Shown in pieces: positions 26,083-36,400 of a stretch of DNA of 56,313 nucleotides. Below the pieces are notes generated by a model, which was not told the origin of the DNA, did no database searches, and worked only from the letters and a program-made list of their open reading frames with translations. The position numbers and the translations under genes are program-made. Origin of the DNA: a virus (lineage: Duplodnaviria > Heunggongvirae > Uroviricota > Caudoviricetes); IMG/VR virus record IMGVR_UViG_3300021255_002251, one strand, 5' to 3'. How positions within the stretch are numbered: the first letter of the stretch is position 1; each line of letters begins with the position of its first letter.

Positions 26083-26618
26083 TAGTACCAAGCCCAATAG
26101 AAGACCTCATGCTCGTCGTCCCAATGCCTAAGAGCCTCTTGGAATCCCTCTATAAACCCTGCAGCAACAATCTTCTCACAATCCTCTTTTGAGAGATATA
26201 TCGGTATTAGATTGTCGTTCTCCTTGTCCTCCAGAAAGTTGTCGCGAATGAATGTGTGAAGAGACCAGTTCTTCCTCCATCCCGCAATCTCCTCATCAAA
26301 TTCTTCATCCTTTAGCCCATACGTCTCCTTGTCCAGATATGGCCGTCTGTCCTTGTCTAGCTTGATTCCTACCTCCTTCGCAATCCGATGAAGTCCTCTA
26401 CGCCAGACCCCAACTCTCTTCCTCTGCTCTGCGGAGAACTTGTCATTTGCAAAATGCCCAAACTCATCCCTTGGTAGACTCTCTATGAATGGCTTCCATG
26501 CTTCAGAGGTATACAACGCCTCTACCTTCTTTTCGTATTCCGTTCTAAGTTTGCTAAAGGCAATCTTTGCGGCATGACACTTCTTTGTAGTGCGAAAAAG
26601 AGACTGATCCATACCCAT
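26082..26618 (-). CDS. Conserved phage protein (MG.DQ...WRK...H...Y.AW type)
   Basis: MGMDQSLF and WRKNWSLH.FI...DN...LSKED...FYWAWY motifs, with a GGAGG RBS. Confidence 0.75.
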   Translation of the reverse strand: MGMDQSLFRTTKKCHAAKIAFSKLRTEYEKKVEALYTSEAWKPFIESLPRDEFGHFANDKFSAEQRKRVGVWRRGLHRIAKEVGIKLDKDRRPYLDKETYGLKDEEFDEEIAGWRKNWSLHTFIRDNFLEDKENDNLIPIYLSKEDCEKIVAAGFIEGFQEALRHWDDEHEVFYWAWY

Positions 26619-26630
26619 ATTAGAATCCTC

Positions 26631-26762
26631 CTACTTCTTTTCTTCTTTAACTTCCACCATGCACCCCTTGACATGAAACCATTTGAAAGCGGTTCTCTCC
26701 CGCTTGCACCTTCCATGCTTGCGGCAGTCCTCACACTTGAGATATGTCCAGTTGCGCTTCAC
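26631..26762 (-). CDS. Small Cys-rich protein, 43 aa (not in ORF track)
   Basis: Hand translation begins MKRNWTYLKCEDCRKHGRC. Confidence 0.45.
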   Translation of the reverse strand: MKRNWTYLKCEDCRKHGRCKRERTAFKWFHVKGCMVEVKEEKK

Positions 26763-26786
26763 TTTCTCACATTATAATTGGCAAGG

Positions 26787-26960
26787 TCATAGTGTGCTCT
26801 GAATAGGCTTGCGATACTGCTTTGCCCACTCTTGGAGGGAGTGTACAATGTACCTCATCGGGGTATCCCATCCTCCGCTAGGGACGCTCTCACCAATCTT
26901 GGCGAGTTCGTCGCACTTGTCCGCGAATTCCTTGCGCTTCTGCATCTGCTCTTCTGTCAT
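26787..26960 (-). CDS. Small protein, 57 aa (not in ORF track)
   Basis: AAGGA RBS. Hand translation begins MTEEQMQKRKEFADKCDEL. Confidence 0.6.
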   Translation of the reverse strand: MTEEQMQKRKEFADKCDELAKIGESVPSGGWDTPMRYIVHSLQEWAKQYRKPIQSTL

Positions 26961-26974
26961 GACAATCCTTTCTA

Positions 26975-27712
26975 TTATGCTACAAATCCAAGAGCACGAA
27001 GTTGCCGCTTATTGAAAGCCGCAGTCTTCTGCCCGCTCCTAATCAGATTCGAGTTCTGCCATCGTTTTATTGAGGCATGCATTTCTTCCTTTTCAATAAT
27101 TCTAGCTCCTTTTTCATATGCTATCCTAGCTCCGCCGATTTTACCGACATAGTTATGCCAGTCACATCTTGCATCATATAGCATCTTTTCAGCTACTTTC
27201 CCAGGGCAATTGGCAGAACGCCATAGGTCGAATTCATGAAGATCTTTAGTTGGTTCTTCATATGGGCGATAGAATTCCCAGCGTCCACAAAACGGGGTAC
27301 AGCCAGGAGAACACCATTCCACAAACACACAATGTCCAGATGGGAGAGTAAACCGCTCCCTTGTTCCATAAAAATTATTTCTTGTGAAACAAAGATACCA
27401 TCCCAGCAAATGTGTCCCCTCATGTACAAACAATGCGAAGAAGTCTGGCCAACATGTTAATGGAACGGGGCGAATCCACATAGGAGTAATAGTAAATCCT
27501 TCTGCCGTAATCCACGAATTACAAAGTCCATATGGAAGATATTCCCTAGGTTTATCTGTACATCCATACCCCCCAGTCATCTTAATAGAAGCACGCTTTC
27601 TAAGGAAGTTATAAATCTTCGTCCTAACTCTACGGGTGTCTCGGCGATTCACACCTTCATATCTTTCTATGCCTGCTCCTCTCCAATGAGGGTAGATGTT
27701 ATAATTCTTCAT
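26975..27712 (-). CDS. HExxH-motif protein, possibly a zincin
   Basis: LFVHEGTHLLG motif. The gene is AT-rich relative to its neighbours. Confidence 0.65.
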   Translation of the reverse strand: MKNYNIYPHWRGAGIERYEGVNRRDTRRVRTKIYNFLRKRASIKMTGGYGCTDKPREYLPYGLCNSWITAEGFTITPMWIRPVPLTCWPDFFALFVHEGTHLLGWYLCFTRNNFYGTRERFTLPSGHCVFVEWCSPGCTPFCGRWEFYRPYEEPTKDLHEFDLWRSANCPGKVAEKMLYDARCDWHNYVGKIGGARIAYEKGARIIEKEEMHASIKRWQNSNLIRSGQKTAAFNKRQLRALGFVA

Positions 27713-28296
27713 GCCATCGCCTCTAATGCATCTTCCAATTCAACCTTCCCTATACGGCAAGCCTTATGCACAACTAATGCATCTGTCTCTACAGTATATG
27801 GAAGTTCTTGAGCTTTCCTCCGGCGATTCTGCTCGTCGATGTATCTAACCTGCTCTTCAATGCCGCGAATCTTGCCCTTCTCGTCGTCAAATAGGATACG
27901 CTCATGGCGAGGCATTATCTCACCATAGTTGATGTTCTCCATCTTACGTGTTGTAGGATTGACAATGCAGAACGAATCGCCATTCAATGTCTCATGTTGC
28001 TTCTCAATAGGAAGGCGAACGATTCTGGCGGCGAACTTATCCGATAGAAGCATTATTTTCGCATCTGCTTCGCCATTACCGACAAGCCTCAACTTATCCC
28101 ATGTGTTCTGCGTTACATGTGGATATGCCGAGGCAAATGCTTCATGTGCATCATCACCATACTTCTGGAGTGCCTCCGCATAGAGGTTTGCCGCTAACTG
28201 GATATGCTCAATAGCAGCCCCCATGTGGTTCCCGAATCCTTTGACGTAAGCCTGAATAGGCCCTTTGCGCTCTGTGTCTTCCTTCGTGGCTTTCAT
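27709..28296 (-). CDS. Hypothetical protein, 195 aa
   Basis: Start moved to MKATKED, downstream of P7. Confidence 0.75.
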   Translation of the reverse strand: MKATKEDTERKGPIQAYVKGFGNHMGAAIEHIQLAANLYAEALQKYGDDAHEAFASAYPHVTQNTWDKLRLVGNGEADAKIMLLSDKFAARIVRLPIEKQHETLNGDSFCIVNPTTRKMENINYGEIMPRHERILFDDEKGKIRGIEEQVRYIDEQNRRRKAQELPYTVETDALVVHKACRIGKVELEDALEAMA

Positions 28297-28327
28297 GTTG
28301 TTTCCTTTGTTGTCCTTGACAGAGAAC

Positions 28328-28357
28328 ATTATACTACACCTAGCGGTCGGCTTGCAA
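28328..28357 (-). promoter_or_regulatory. Sigma70-type early promoter P7
   Basis: TTGCAA-18 nt-TATAAT. The leader reads GTCAAGGACAACAAAGGAAAC. Confidence 0.85.
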
Positions 28358-28467
28358 GAGGGGGTAGAAACTTTTTCAAGATTGCAGTGTAGGAATGAAC
28401 ACAAGCGCCGCAATGCCCAAGATAAACAAAGTGACGATTGCAAATGCAATGAACTTGATTAGTGCTT

Positions 28468-28671
28468 TCATGTTGAACCTTCTTTCTCTTCCTTGTCCTT
28501 CTCCACGGCAATGTACTCTTTGCCGTCAGAATGGAAACCATACTCCACGATTCTCATTCGGCACTCCCTGCAGGTCTTCTTCGTCTGGTAGCCGTCTGCC
28601 AGTCCTAGACCGATGAAAAAACCAAGGAATACACCGACCAATGCTGCAAACAGAAATATGATGAAAGACAT
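28468..28671 (-). CDS. Small membrane protein
   Basis: N-terminal TM helix and a GGAGG RBS. Confidence 0.7.
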   Translation of the reverse strand: MSFIIFLFAALVGVFLGFFIGLGLADGYQTKKTCRECRMRIVEYGFHSDGKEYIAVEKDKEEKEGST

Positions 28672-28673
28672 TT

Positions 28674-29015
28674 CTATGCCTCCTTCTTCTGGTTCCTATA
28701 AGGATTGATGTACTTCTCAGGAAAGATCTCGTGCCTACGGAAAGCGAGAACCTTTGCTCCATCGCGAACCGCAAAGTCCCTAATGCCTATTGCCCTTTCC
28801 TTCGATGCGAGGTCCCAGAAGGTATCAAATTTAGTTGCTTCCTTCAATGTAGAGCAGAACAAAGGAGTTCCATAGTAATGCGGCTTGTATCCAGCGAAGT
28901 AACCGAGCACTGGGTGTTTGATTACATACACCGCATAAAAGTCTGGACGATATGAAGCATCCACGTCGTCGCAAACTGGCTTTATTTCCGTTGTCTCTTC
29001 CATTGTCTTACTCAA
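28674..29015 (-). CDS. Hypothetical protein
   Basis: In operon order, overlaps the upstream gene. Confidence 0.7.
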   Translation of the reverse strand: MSKTMEETTEIKPVCDDVDASYRPDFYAVYVIKHPVLGYFAGYKPHYYGTPLFCSTLKEATKFDTFWDLASKERAIGIRDFAVRDGAKVLAFRRHEIFPEKYINPYRNQKKEA

Positions 29016-29373
29016 AGATTTTCACATCGAACTTTCCACTCGGCGGCTTCAGTTCTTCTGGGATTTCCTTACCTCTAAACTTGAACACGAATTTAGTTCC
29101 AACAAGGTCTTTGTAATCGTTCATCACACGATATGTTGTAAATGGTATGCCTTTGTTTCCTAGGAACACAAGGCGGACATAGGTCTCATGAGTCAATAGC
29201 ATTCTATCATCATGCTGCACGGTAGCAAAAGTAGCCCTATACTCTGTGTCGTACTCCCACCATTCTGAACCTTCATCTTCTTCCTTTATTTGCACAGTAT
29301 CTACATAGATGAGCTTGCCATGTGTCTGCTCATGCATCTTCGTGTAGTGGTGCGAGAAGCCAATTAGGTTCAT
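29008..29373 (-). CDS. Hypothetical protein
   Basis: Start at MNLIGFSH, directly after the upstream stop. Confidence 0.7.
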   Translation of the reverse strand: MNLIGFSHHYTKMHEQTHGKLIYVDTVQIKEEDEGSEWWEYDTEYRATFATVQHDDRMLLTHETYVRLVFLGNKGIPFTTYRVMNDYKDLVGTKFVFKFRGKEIPEELKPPSGKFDVKIFE

Positions 29374-29374
29374 A

Positions 29375-29863
29375 TTACCAATCCCCACCGTCGTTGTCAA
29401 TGTCTATTGTACACACATGGTTTTGTTGGTTCACGCGCCCTCCGCCGACACCTCCACCTGGAGTGTAGTCTGCCTCTCGATTCCCATTGCCCTCATGTAG
29501 CATGACGTGCAGATGCCCATTAGCGGAGAACAGCCATAGACGATTGGTGTGCTGGTTCCATTTCCTTGCAAGCCTTTTCAAGGAACGAACACACGATTCC
29601 TCATGCGGTGTCAGCGGATAGCCCGCCATTGTCTTCATCGGCTCTTTGAGCTTCTTGTTCTTAGGTGCTTTTCCCCCTCGCCTTTCAAGAGCCTCTTCCT
29701 CTTCGTTATTCCAATGTTCAGAATGGAAGCATATATTGTCTTTGGTATGCGCCCCGTCGCAATAGCTGCAACTAGCATGGCCGTTGTCTTTGTGCGGGAT
29801 TAACTTAGCCAAGCATATTGCATCTGATTTGACATCGCATTTCATCTGTTGCTCCTCACTCAT
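29375..29863 (-). CDS. Conserved phage protein with LWLFSA.G.L.VM...NDGGDW domain
   Basis: Recognisable C-terminal phage module. Start at MSEEQQM after GAGG. Confidence 0.7.
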   Translation of the reverse strand: MSEEQQMKCDVKSDAICLAKLIPHKDNGHASCSYCDGAHTKDNICFHSEHWNNEEEEALERRGGKAPKNKKLKEPMKTMAGYPLTPHEESCVRSLKRLARKWNQHTNRLWLFSANGHLHVMLHEGNGNREADYTPGGGVGGGRVNQQNHVCTIDIDNDGGDW

Positions 29864-29877
29864 AGCGAAGCCCTCTC

Positions 29878-30366
29878 TTATGACATTGGAATGACAATGT
29901 TCTCCTTTGGTATTCTCCAATTCTCCCCATGTTTGATGTAGAAGTCCTTCGTATACCACTGGTCTTCAAAGTCCGTATGAAATGCTTCGAGCTGCTCGAT
30001 TTCTCCATCTATACGTTTCACGCCGATTTTAGTAAAACCATTAAGCCATGCCTCACAGAACCTATAGAAAGCCGTCCATGCCCTCTTGTCGCAATCCATC
30101 AAGTGATTGATGTCTGTCCAGTCCTTTTCTCCATTACGCCAATGGTCTGTCATGGCAAACTGATTGGCGATTGTATCTCTAACTTCATCAGAATAACGGT
30201 TTCCTTCTCCCCAGAACCTATTCGCAATTTCTCTTGGGAAAGATGCAGAAGATATCGTCATTCCATATTGGAAATAGCGCCAAGAGGCTACGAGAGTTTC
30301 CCAATCCCACACGGGGAGACGGTCTATTGATTTCTTTTTAGGATTTTTCTTTCTATTTGTTTGCAT
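29878..30366 (-). CDS. Hypothetical protein, 162 aa
   Basis: Long ORF in operon order. Confidence 0.75.
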   Translation of the reverse strand: MQTNRKKNPKKKSIDRLPVWDWETLVASWRYFQYGMTISSASFPREIANRFWGEGNRYSDEVRDTIANQFAMTDHWRNGEKDWTDINHLMDCDKRAWTAFYRFCEAWLNGFTKIGVKRIDGEIEQLEAFHTDFEDQWYTKDFYIKHGENWRIPKENIVIPMS

Positions 30367-30387
30367 TGGTTTTCTTGCCTTTTCCCC

Positions 30388-30696
30388 TCACATCTTATGA
30401 ACCTTTCGCCACTCCGTATCACCCTTGTGGATTGCATCCCACACATCGTCTGCAAGGTCGCTTGCCTTGGGAGTGTCTTCTACAAGGCTGTCCTTGATGA
30501 GTTCTCCCAAGTAGTCATGTACTCGTTTTAGCAGTTCTTCCTGCTTATTAAGGCGGTCAAGAGACTCATCCACCATGTCGTATACACGACAAGGTCGAAT
30601 GCAACCCTCACCCATCGCCAGCCGAATCTGCTTCGTAAGCGATTCTGTTGTAGTGCTATTCTCCAACACTCCTCTATTGTTACTCTCAAAAGTCAT
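30388..30696 (-). CDS. Hypothetical protein, 102 aa
   Basis: First gene after P8. Confidence 0.75.
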   Translation of the reverse strand: MTFESNNRGVLENSTTTESLTKQIRLAMGEGCIRPCRVYDMVDESLDRLNKQEELLKRVHDYLGELIKDSLVEDTPKASDLADDVWDAIHKGDTEWRKVHKM

Positions 30697-30731
30697 TGTC
30701 TTTGTCCTTTTCTTTTTCCTTGACGGCGGAC

Positions 30732-30761
30732 ATTATACCACACCTAGCAGGTGGGTTTCAA
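30732..30761 (-). promoter_or_regulatory. Sigma70-type early promoter P8
   Basis: TTGAAA-18 nt-TATAAT with TG extension. The leader reads GTCAAGGAAAAAGAAAAGGACAAAGAC. Confidence 0.85.
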
Positions 30762-30789
30762 GAGGTGGTAGATCTTTAGAACAGATTTT

Positions 30790-31320
30790 CTACGTCGCCC
30801 CAAGCATCTGTGCGAACTTCTTGGAGTTCTCCCTATCATTCTTCGCCTGCGGAGTAAGAATAGGCTGCTCTATGGGCTTTCCATCTTCTACCTCTTCAGG
30901 CTTGGCTATGAACGACGGAGGGGGAGGTGGAGCATTCTTCCGCTCCTCCTCCGCCTTCTTCATCTGCTCCGTCCTAGCCCTGTCTAGCACTTCCCTTATC
31001 TCTTCTTCCGTCAAGGTCGGGAACTGCCTCTTCAAATCCGCCATAGAAGGGCCTTCTAGCCGCTTCTCTACTTTATGGGTATCTTCTGCCTGCTTCTCTC
31101 CCGAAAGCGTTGTACCCCGTCTTATCGTGCCGTCCGCAAGCGCTAGCAGCACTCTATCCTTTATGAGATTGAGATAGTGCCTTAGTTCCACCATCTCTAT
31201 CCTCGTGGAATTGTCCGTGTTCGGAATGTTGTCGAGCAGTTGGGTTATGGCATATACCAGTTCCGCCTTTGTGAACACAAGGGACGGGATAACGGTTTCG
31301 CTAGAAGAGTAAGCGAACAT
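30790..31320 (-). CDS. Hypothetical protein with Pro-rich tail, last gene of the tail block
   Basis: ORF directly after the fibre gene. Confidence 0.75.
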   Translation of the reverse strand: MFAYSSSETVIPSLVFTKAELVYAITQLLDNIPNTDNSTRIEMVELRHYLNLIKDRVLLALADGTIRRGTTLSGEKQAEDTHKVEKRLEGPSMADLKRQFPTLTEEEIREVLDRARTEQMKKAEEERKNAPPPPPSFIAKPEEVEDGKPIEQPILTPQAKNDRENSKKFAQMLGAT

Positions 31321-31335
31321 AGCATTTAACCGATA

Positions 31336-33408
31336 TTAAGGTGCTGGAGTTGGGATAGCTATTTTGTTAGAGATATAGAAGAGACTTGGAGCAGTCTCCG
31401 TAAAGTGCAAGATGTTCGTGCTTATCGTATTCAGAGAGGGGAAATTACCGTTTTCAGATTCAAACGATATTGACTCTTGCACTCCATTTGTCGTTGCTCC
31501 TACAAATGTTATCTTGTCTGGAGAAGTGATTGGCTCAGTTATGACAAGCCTAACCCTAAAGTCACGGGACTTGTTAGGGATAGGCGGAGGGAGTGTCACC
31601 TGCAAGGTATCCGATGATTTGACAAGGTTGTTCGCTCGATTGAAGAGGTGGCCGGGGAGTGACGCGCGGGTCGCGGTGTATGTAATATCCAAGACGAAAG
31701 ACAATTCCAGCGCATCCTCGTCTCCATCCGGGAAGACACCAAACTCATCCCCGTCGATGAGCGCCACCCATGTACCGTTTCTCCAGTCAAGCCCAAGAGT
31801 AAAACCTTGATATGTAGGCGGGTTGATCTCCCACTCACCCGGCGTCACAAGCGAATACGACAAATCAGAGGCGTCCGCCTTGCTGGACACTTCCGCATTT
31901 ATATGGTTCTGCAAGTTTGTCTCCCCAATCCAAACTCCAGCAAGACCGTTTCGAGGGTTTATGTTAAAAGAACCAATTCCATGAGACCCATAATAATGCC
32001 CTGCTGGCCCTTTATCATAAGTATTCCAAACGAATGAGAAATCGTTTGATGCATGAGAATCTGCACCTAGCGCAATCGTAGCCCTCCCAGAAGAAATGGA
32101 ATAAAGGCCGCTAGCTTTAGCAGCCACACCAGATGCTACCGTTTCATATCCCTCAGAATGAGCAAAGCGTTCTGATGCAACAGTATTAGTGCCTTCGGCA
32201 TGAGCACATAATCCATCTGCTCTGTTGTCTGCCCCTTGACTTAACGAACCAATAATATTCGCTTTTGTTGCAATAACGAACCCACGCGAATTTACGAAAT
32301 CCTCAGTGGCGATCTGTGTAGGAATTGACTCAATCTCTAACCGATTAAAGCCCGGCACGTTGGAAATCGTCGTTGACCATTTTGGGGCGGATAGTGTGAT
32401 TATTCTTGATATGGTATGCACCTCGCCGCCATAATCCTCTAAGCCAGCATTGATTGCATAGCTCCCATCTCCATTGAGAGAAACTACAAACGATGTTTTG
32501 CCGCTAACGTATCGCCATGATTGATATGTCTCGTCCCACTGCAAGGTATACACATCGTGAATTTCTTCGGAGTGCCAGACGGTGACGGTCAGCGGTGTGT
32601 GGTTCGCGGACGGGTCGGCATAGATGTTAAGGTCGGACAGGTCGCGCTTTGATGACAAAGCCGCCTCGGCCGCGTTGGTTGCTCCGAGTAAGAGGTCGGT
32701 CGCACTGTAACTTACTAAACCTTGGCTGTCATACAACAGGAATGCATCGTCCGCAACATTCGCTGTACTCGCTGTACTCACCGTTCGTGTTCCGTCCTCG
32801 AACTCGGCGGCCACGCTATCGGTATAGTTCGTTGCATCTGTCAGGTCTGCCGATCGAGGTATGTCGTTCGTCAGCGCGACACGGCCGACAATGTTCGGCA
32901 CGAATCTTCTGGCCGTAACTTCGCCTTCTGTGAAGTAATATTGGGCGAATGACAGATTCTTGTTGGTTGCCGCGTTCTGCCAGTCCTGTACGGTGTAAAT
33001 TCCCAGAGGACTCGAGCCAGAGCCGTCAGAGACGAACCATCCTGTGAACGTGCGATTAACGTCCTCAGGGGCGTAATAGTACGGGTAGTCTACTCCCCAG
33101 AACAGATAGCCTCCACCGAAATTAACGTCCATCTCCGAATCGGTGTAGTCCTTCCCATTTAGGGTATAAAACCAGTCCGCCTGCACCCTCCAGACAACTC
33201 CTGTCTCGTCCTGCCAGTATCCCGCGTTCCCTATGGACGTTGCCTTGAGAACCGTCCCAGTATTGGAGAAGTCCGATATCGCGGCATCAGTCTGCGATGC
33301 CGTATACATCGGAGTGGACACGCGAATGCTACCTAGATTCTGCGGAACCGCCTCGCCGCACACCGCGAGACACAATGCCACCATAGCCCAAAATCCGATA
33401 TTCTTCAT
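31336..33408 (-). CDS. Tail-fibre/adhesin-like protein with YadA-head-like (Hep/Hag) repeats and signal peptide, 690 aa
   Basis: AGGAG/GAGG RBS, an MKNIGFWAMVALCLAVCGEA signal-like N-terminus, AHAEG.NTVAS / AHSEG.ETVAS repeats, and VA..DIP and KAD fibre motifs. Confidence 0.7.
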   Translation of the reverse strand: MKNIGFWAMVALCLAVCGEAVPQNLGSIRVSTPMYTASQTDAAISDFSNTGTVLKATSIGNAGYWQDETGVVWRVQADWFYTLNGKDYTDSEMDVNFGGGYLFWGVDYPYYYAPEDVNRTFTGWFVSDGSGSSPLGIYTVQDWQNAATNKNLSFAQYYFTEGEVTARRFVPNIVGRVALTNDIPRSADLTDATNYTDSVAAEFEDGTRTVSTASTANVADDAFLLYDSQGLVSYSATDLLLGATNAAEAALSSKRDLSDLNIYADPSANHTPLTVTVWHSEEIHDVYTLQWDETYQSWRYVSGKTSFVVSLNGDGSYAINAGLEDYGGEVHTISRIITLSAPKWSTTISNVPGFNRLEIESIPTQIATEDFVNSRGFVIATKANIIGSLSQGADNRADGLCAHAEGTNTVASERFAHSEGYETVASGVAAKASGLYSISSGRATIALGADSHASNDFSFVWNTYDKGPAGHYYGSHGIGSFNINPRNGLAGVWIGETNLQNHINAEVSSKADASDLSYSLVTPGEWEINPPTYQGFTLGLDWRNGTWVALIDGDEFGVFPDGDEDALELSFVLDITYTATRASLPGHLFNRANNLVKSSDTLQVTLPPPIPNKSRDFRVRLVITEPITSPDKITFVGATTNGVQESISFESENGNFPSLNTISTNILHFTETAPSLFYISNKIAIPTPAP

Positions 33409-33456
33409 ACCTCTACTCCTTCTTGAAAATGCCATTAGGTTATTTCCAGCTTCATT

Positions 33457-36400
33457 CTAGAAATCAGGAAACCAATTCGTTGCCTCTCCTACCCAAGTGT
33501 ACGTAGCACTAGCGCCAGACCCTCCTGTCTTTCTAGGCGTTATGTAATATCCTTTCGGTTGAGTTCCCCAGTCAGCCAAGCACCATATTCGCAAATGAAA
33601 CGCATGCGCCTCTGTCCATGTCTTGCCCTCGGTCTGCCCAAACCCCTCATCTGAAAGAGAACAGAATGGGAATCCGCTCCTGCTCCTTATTGTTCCTTCC
33701 TTGCCATTTAAGTAAATGTCGAGATTAGAAGCTCCATACGGCCGTTGAACGTTAAACACGTCGTCACCAAGATTAATCTGGGAGAATTGATTGCCTAGGT
33801 ATATCCAAAAATGGTTTGACGCCACCTTGAATGCCCTGTTACCTATTTCGAGCCTTCCGGCATTGGTGTTAATCATCGGAACCCTCGATAATCCAGCACC
33901 CTCGAATGCGGACGTTCCAATTCTTCCAATTGATGAATTGAAAGCAGAAATTGACCGCATGTTGCTGCATCCGTAGAAAGCATAGTCGCCAATGTTTAAA
34001 ATTCCATTTGCTTCTACACGATACAGATACGGATTGTTCCTGGAAAACTCTCCTCCTACCACCCTTAATGATGGACATGGGCTCCTTCCGCCTCCTTCGT
34101 CAATTGAAGGCAAGCCGCATACAAACTTATACAGGGATTCTTGGTTGTGAATCTTTACTGCCACAATGTAGTCACCTTTCTTGGAAAACGTATGGTACGT
34201 ATTCCCATCATTTCCGCCGATGCTGGAATATGCCCCATCTCCCCAAACGACAGAGATTGACTGTTTTTTACTTCCATCCCTTCCGAAGTACCCTAGCTTT
34301 GTGCCGGCTGGAACATTTGAAAGGTAATAAGCTATATCGTATCTGGTATAGTCTATGCCGTGAATCTTGTCTAGGTTTTGGACTCCAAAAGGATATCCAG
34401 GAACATCTTTCATTCTCTGTGTGTCAAAATAGGAAGCTTCGCCCGGTAGCGGGACTCTCCTGTGATCGTCCATTGGAGATGCTTCACAGGTAACTTCTAC
34501 ATCTTGTGATGCTCCATTTTCCAAACTAAAAGCATTTCTTCCGATTGACGAGATGCACGTGTCGGAATTGAAAGCAAACGACCTTATGCTTGAAGAAGGA
34601 TAGAATAAGTTAGCTATCGTCTTCCCTGCTATTGGTCGGTATGCGACGTTCATTATGTACCCATACGTCTTGATGTAGTAACTGCCAGGTTGTGAATACT
34701 TATGAGACTTCAATGCCTTTGTTCCCTTTTCGACGGCAATCATATCTTCAGTGTCGTAGAAGTCTCTATTCCCATCGCCCCAGTCTATCAAAAGCTGCCG
34801 ACTGGAATCGTATGTCTTGAAATATCCAGGAGCAACCGTTGTGCCAGAGTTGACTGAAATCTGTGTTGTCGATACAGGAGAAGATATGGAAAGACCGGCT
34901 TTCTCCCCATATGTTACTATACCATTCTCACAAAAACATCCAATAACATAATCGTATCGTCCAACTGGGCCTACAACAGTTGAATAACTGTCTCGTTCGT
35001 AGCGGCTGCCATCTAGCATATATGTGGCCGTAAACACATTCGGCCTAAAACCGAATATGTCAGATTGAGGAAAATGGAAAAACTGATGCGTCGTTGATTG
35101 ATTAAAAGGAAAGTCATGAGGAGGTCCATAAGGATATTTGTCGTCTTCCCTATTCGCAAGAAAACTTTCGTAATAGAACTTAACCGACCTGTTAGGCATT
35201 TCTATCAGCTTTAGATTGTCCGTTCCGTAGAAAGCATATCCTTCTATCATTTCTAGTGACTTCGGAAGTCCTCTTGTGTCAACAAGGTTCTTTGTGTCTC
35301 TAAATGCCTGTCTCCTGATAGTAACAACATTTGTTGACATTCCGTAAAGGTTTGTAATATTGGTATTTCTGAATGCAAACAGACCAATCTCCGTTATAGA
35401 GTTAGGCATCCCTTCTAGTGATTTTAACCGCGTGTTATCGAAAGCTCCGTCTTGAACCTTCGAATCACCTTCCTGCCACCCAACCAATGAAGTCAATCCA
35501 GTATCCTTGAAAGAATACTTGCCGACATGGTTCAGAGTCCCAAACTGCTTCGATATGTTTGTTATGTTTGCACACTCGTAAAACTCATAGTCTTTGGCTA
35601 TCGACGTGTCAATTCGCTTTCTGTCGAGATTGGCGACGTCGCTACGAGCGAAACAACCGATTCCCACTGACAAGGTCTTCCCATGGCTCTCAACATCTAT
35701 GTGGTCAACCTTTGAGTTGGAAAAGAACCAATCACCAAATCCTGTCTGCTGACAATCCTTATTGAACATGATAGACTTTACGTGAGGCATCAAGGAATTA
35801 TAGTTTTCGTCCGTTATGAAAGGAACATAGTTTGTAGGATTGTTTTGGTCTAATCCTTGTGCTTTCAGCCATCCAGAAAGAATCGCATCCCCGACAATAC
35901 GAATCTTAATGTCACCTTGTAACCCAGTTCTTTTAAATCCAGGTATATAGTCGTATGTGTCTAATGACGGAAGACAACTCTCTGTTTTTGGAAGAGTAGG
36001 GTGAACATTTAAGCCCAACATTCCAACCATACTTCCAGCTCGAGAAGTCGAACTCATTGATGCAGGTTTATATCCAAATACTTTAGTCCCTATTATATCC
36101 ATTATTTGTTTATGTGTTATTGTTCCATCTGTAAGTTCAACAGGAATTGTAACTAGTCCCCATATGTCGCGTGCCAAAACACGGGCAGGTGTAACTATTG
36201 TAAGAGGCATGCTCATAGACGCGGCTAATGCTTTCCTATGTTCCGATGTGTCTATGTCCCAAATAAAAGATTCTACCTTGTCTCCAGGGACAGTAGGAGG
36301 AAGAGGCTCTGGCACAAAACTAGGGACAGATGAATATAGGTAATTGCAAAGTTTAATCGCCGTTCTTTCTAATGTATCACCAGAAGGCGCTAAGATGTGT

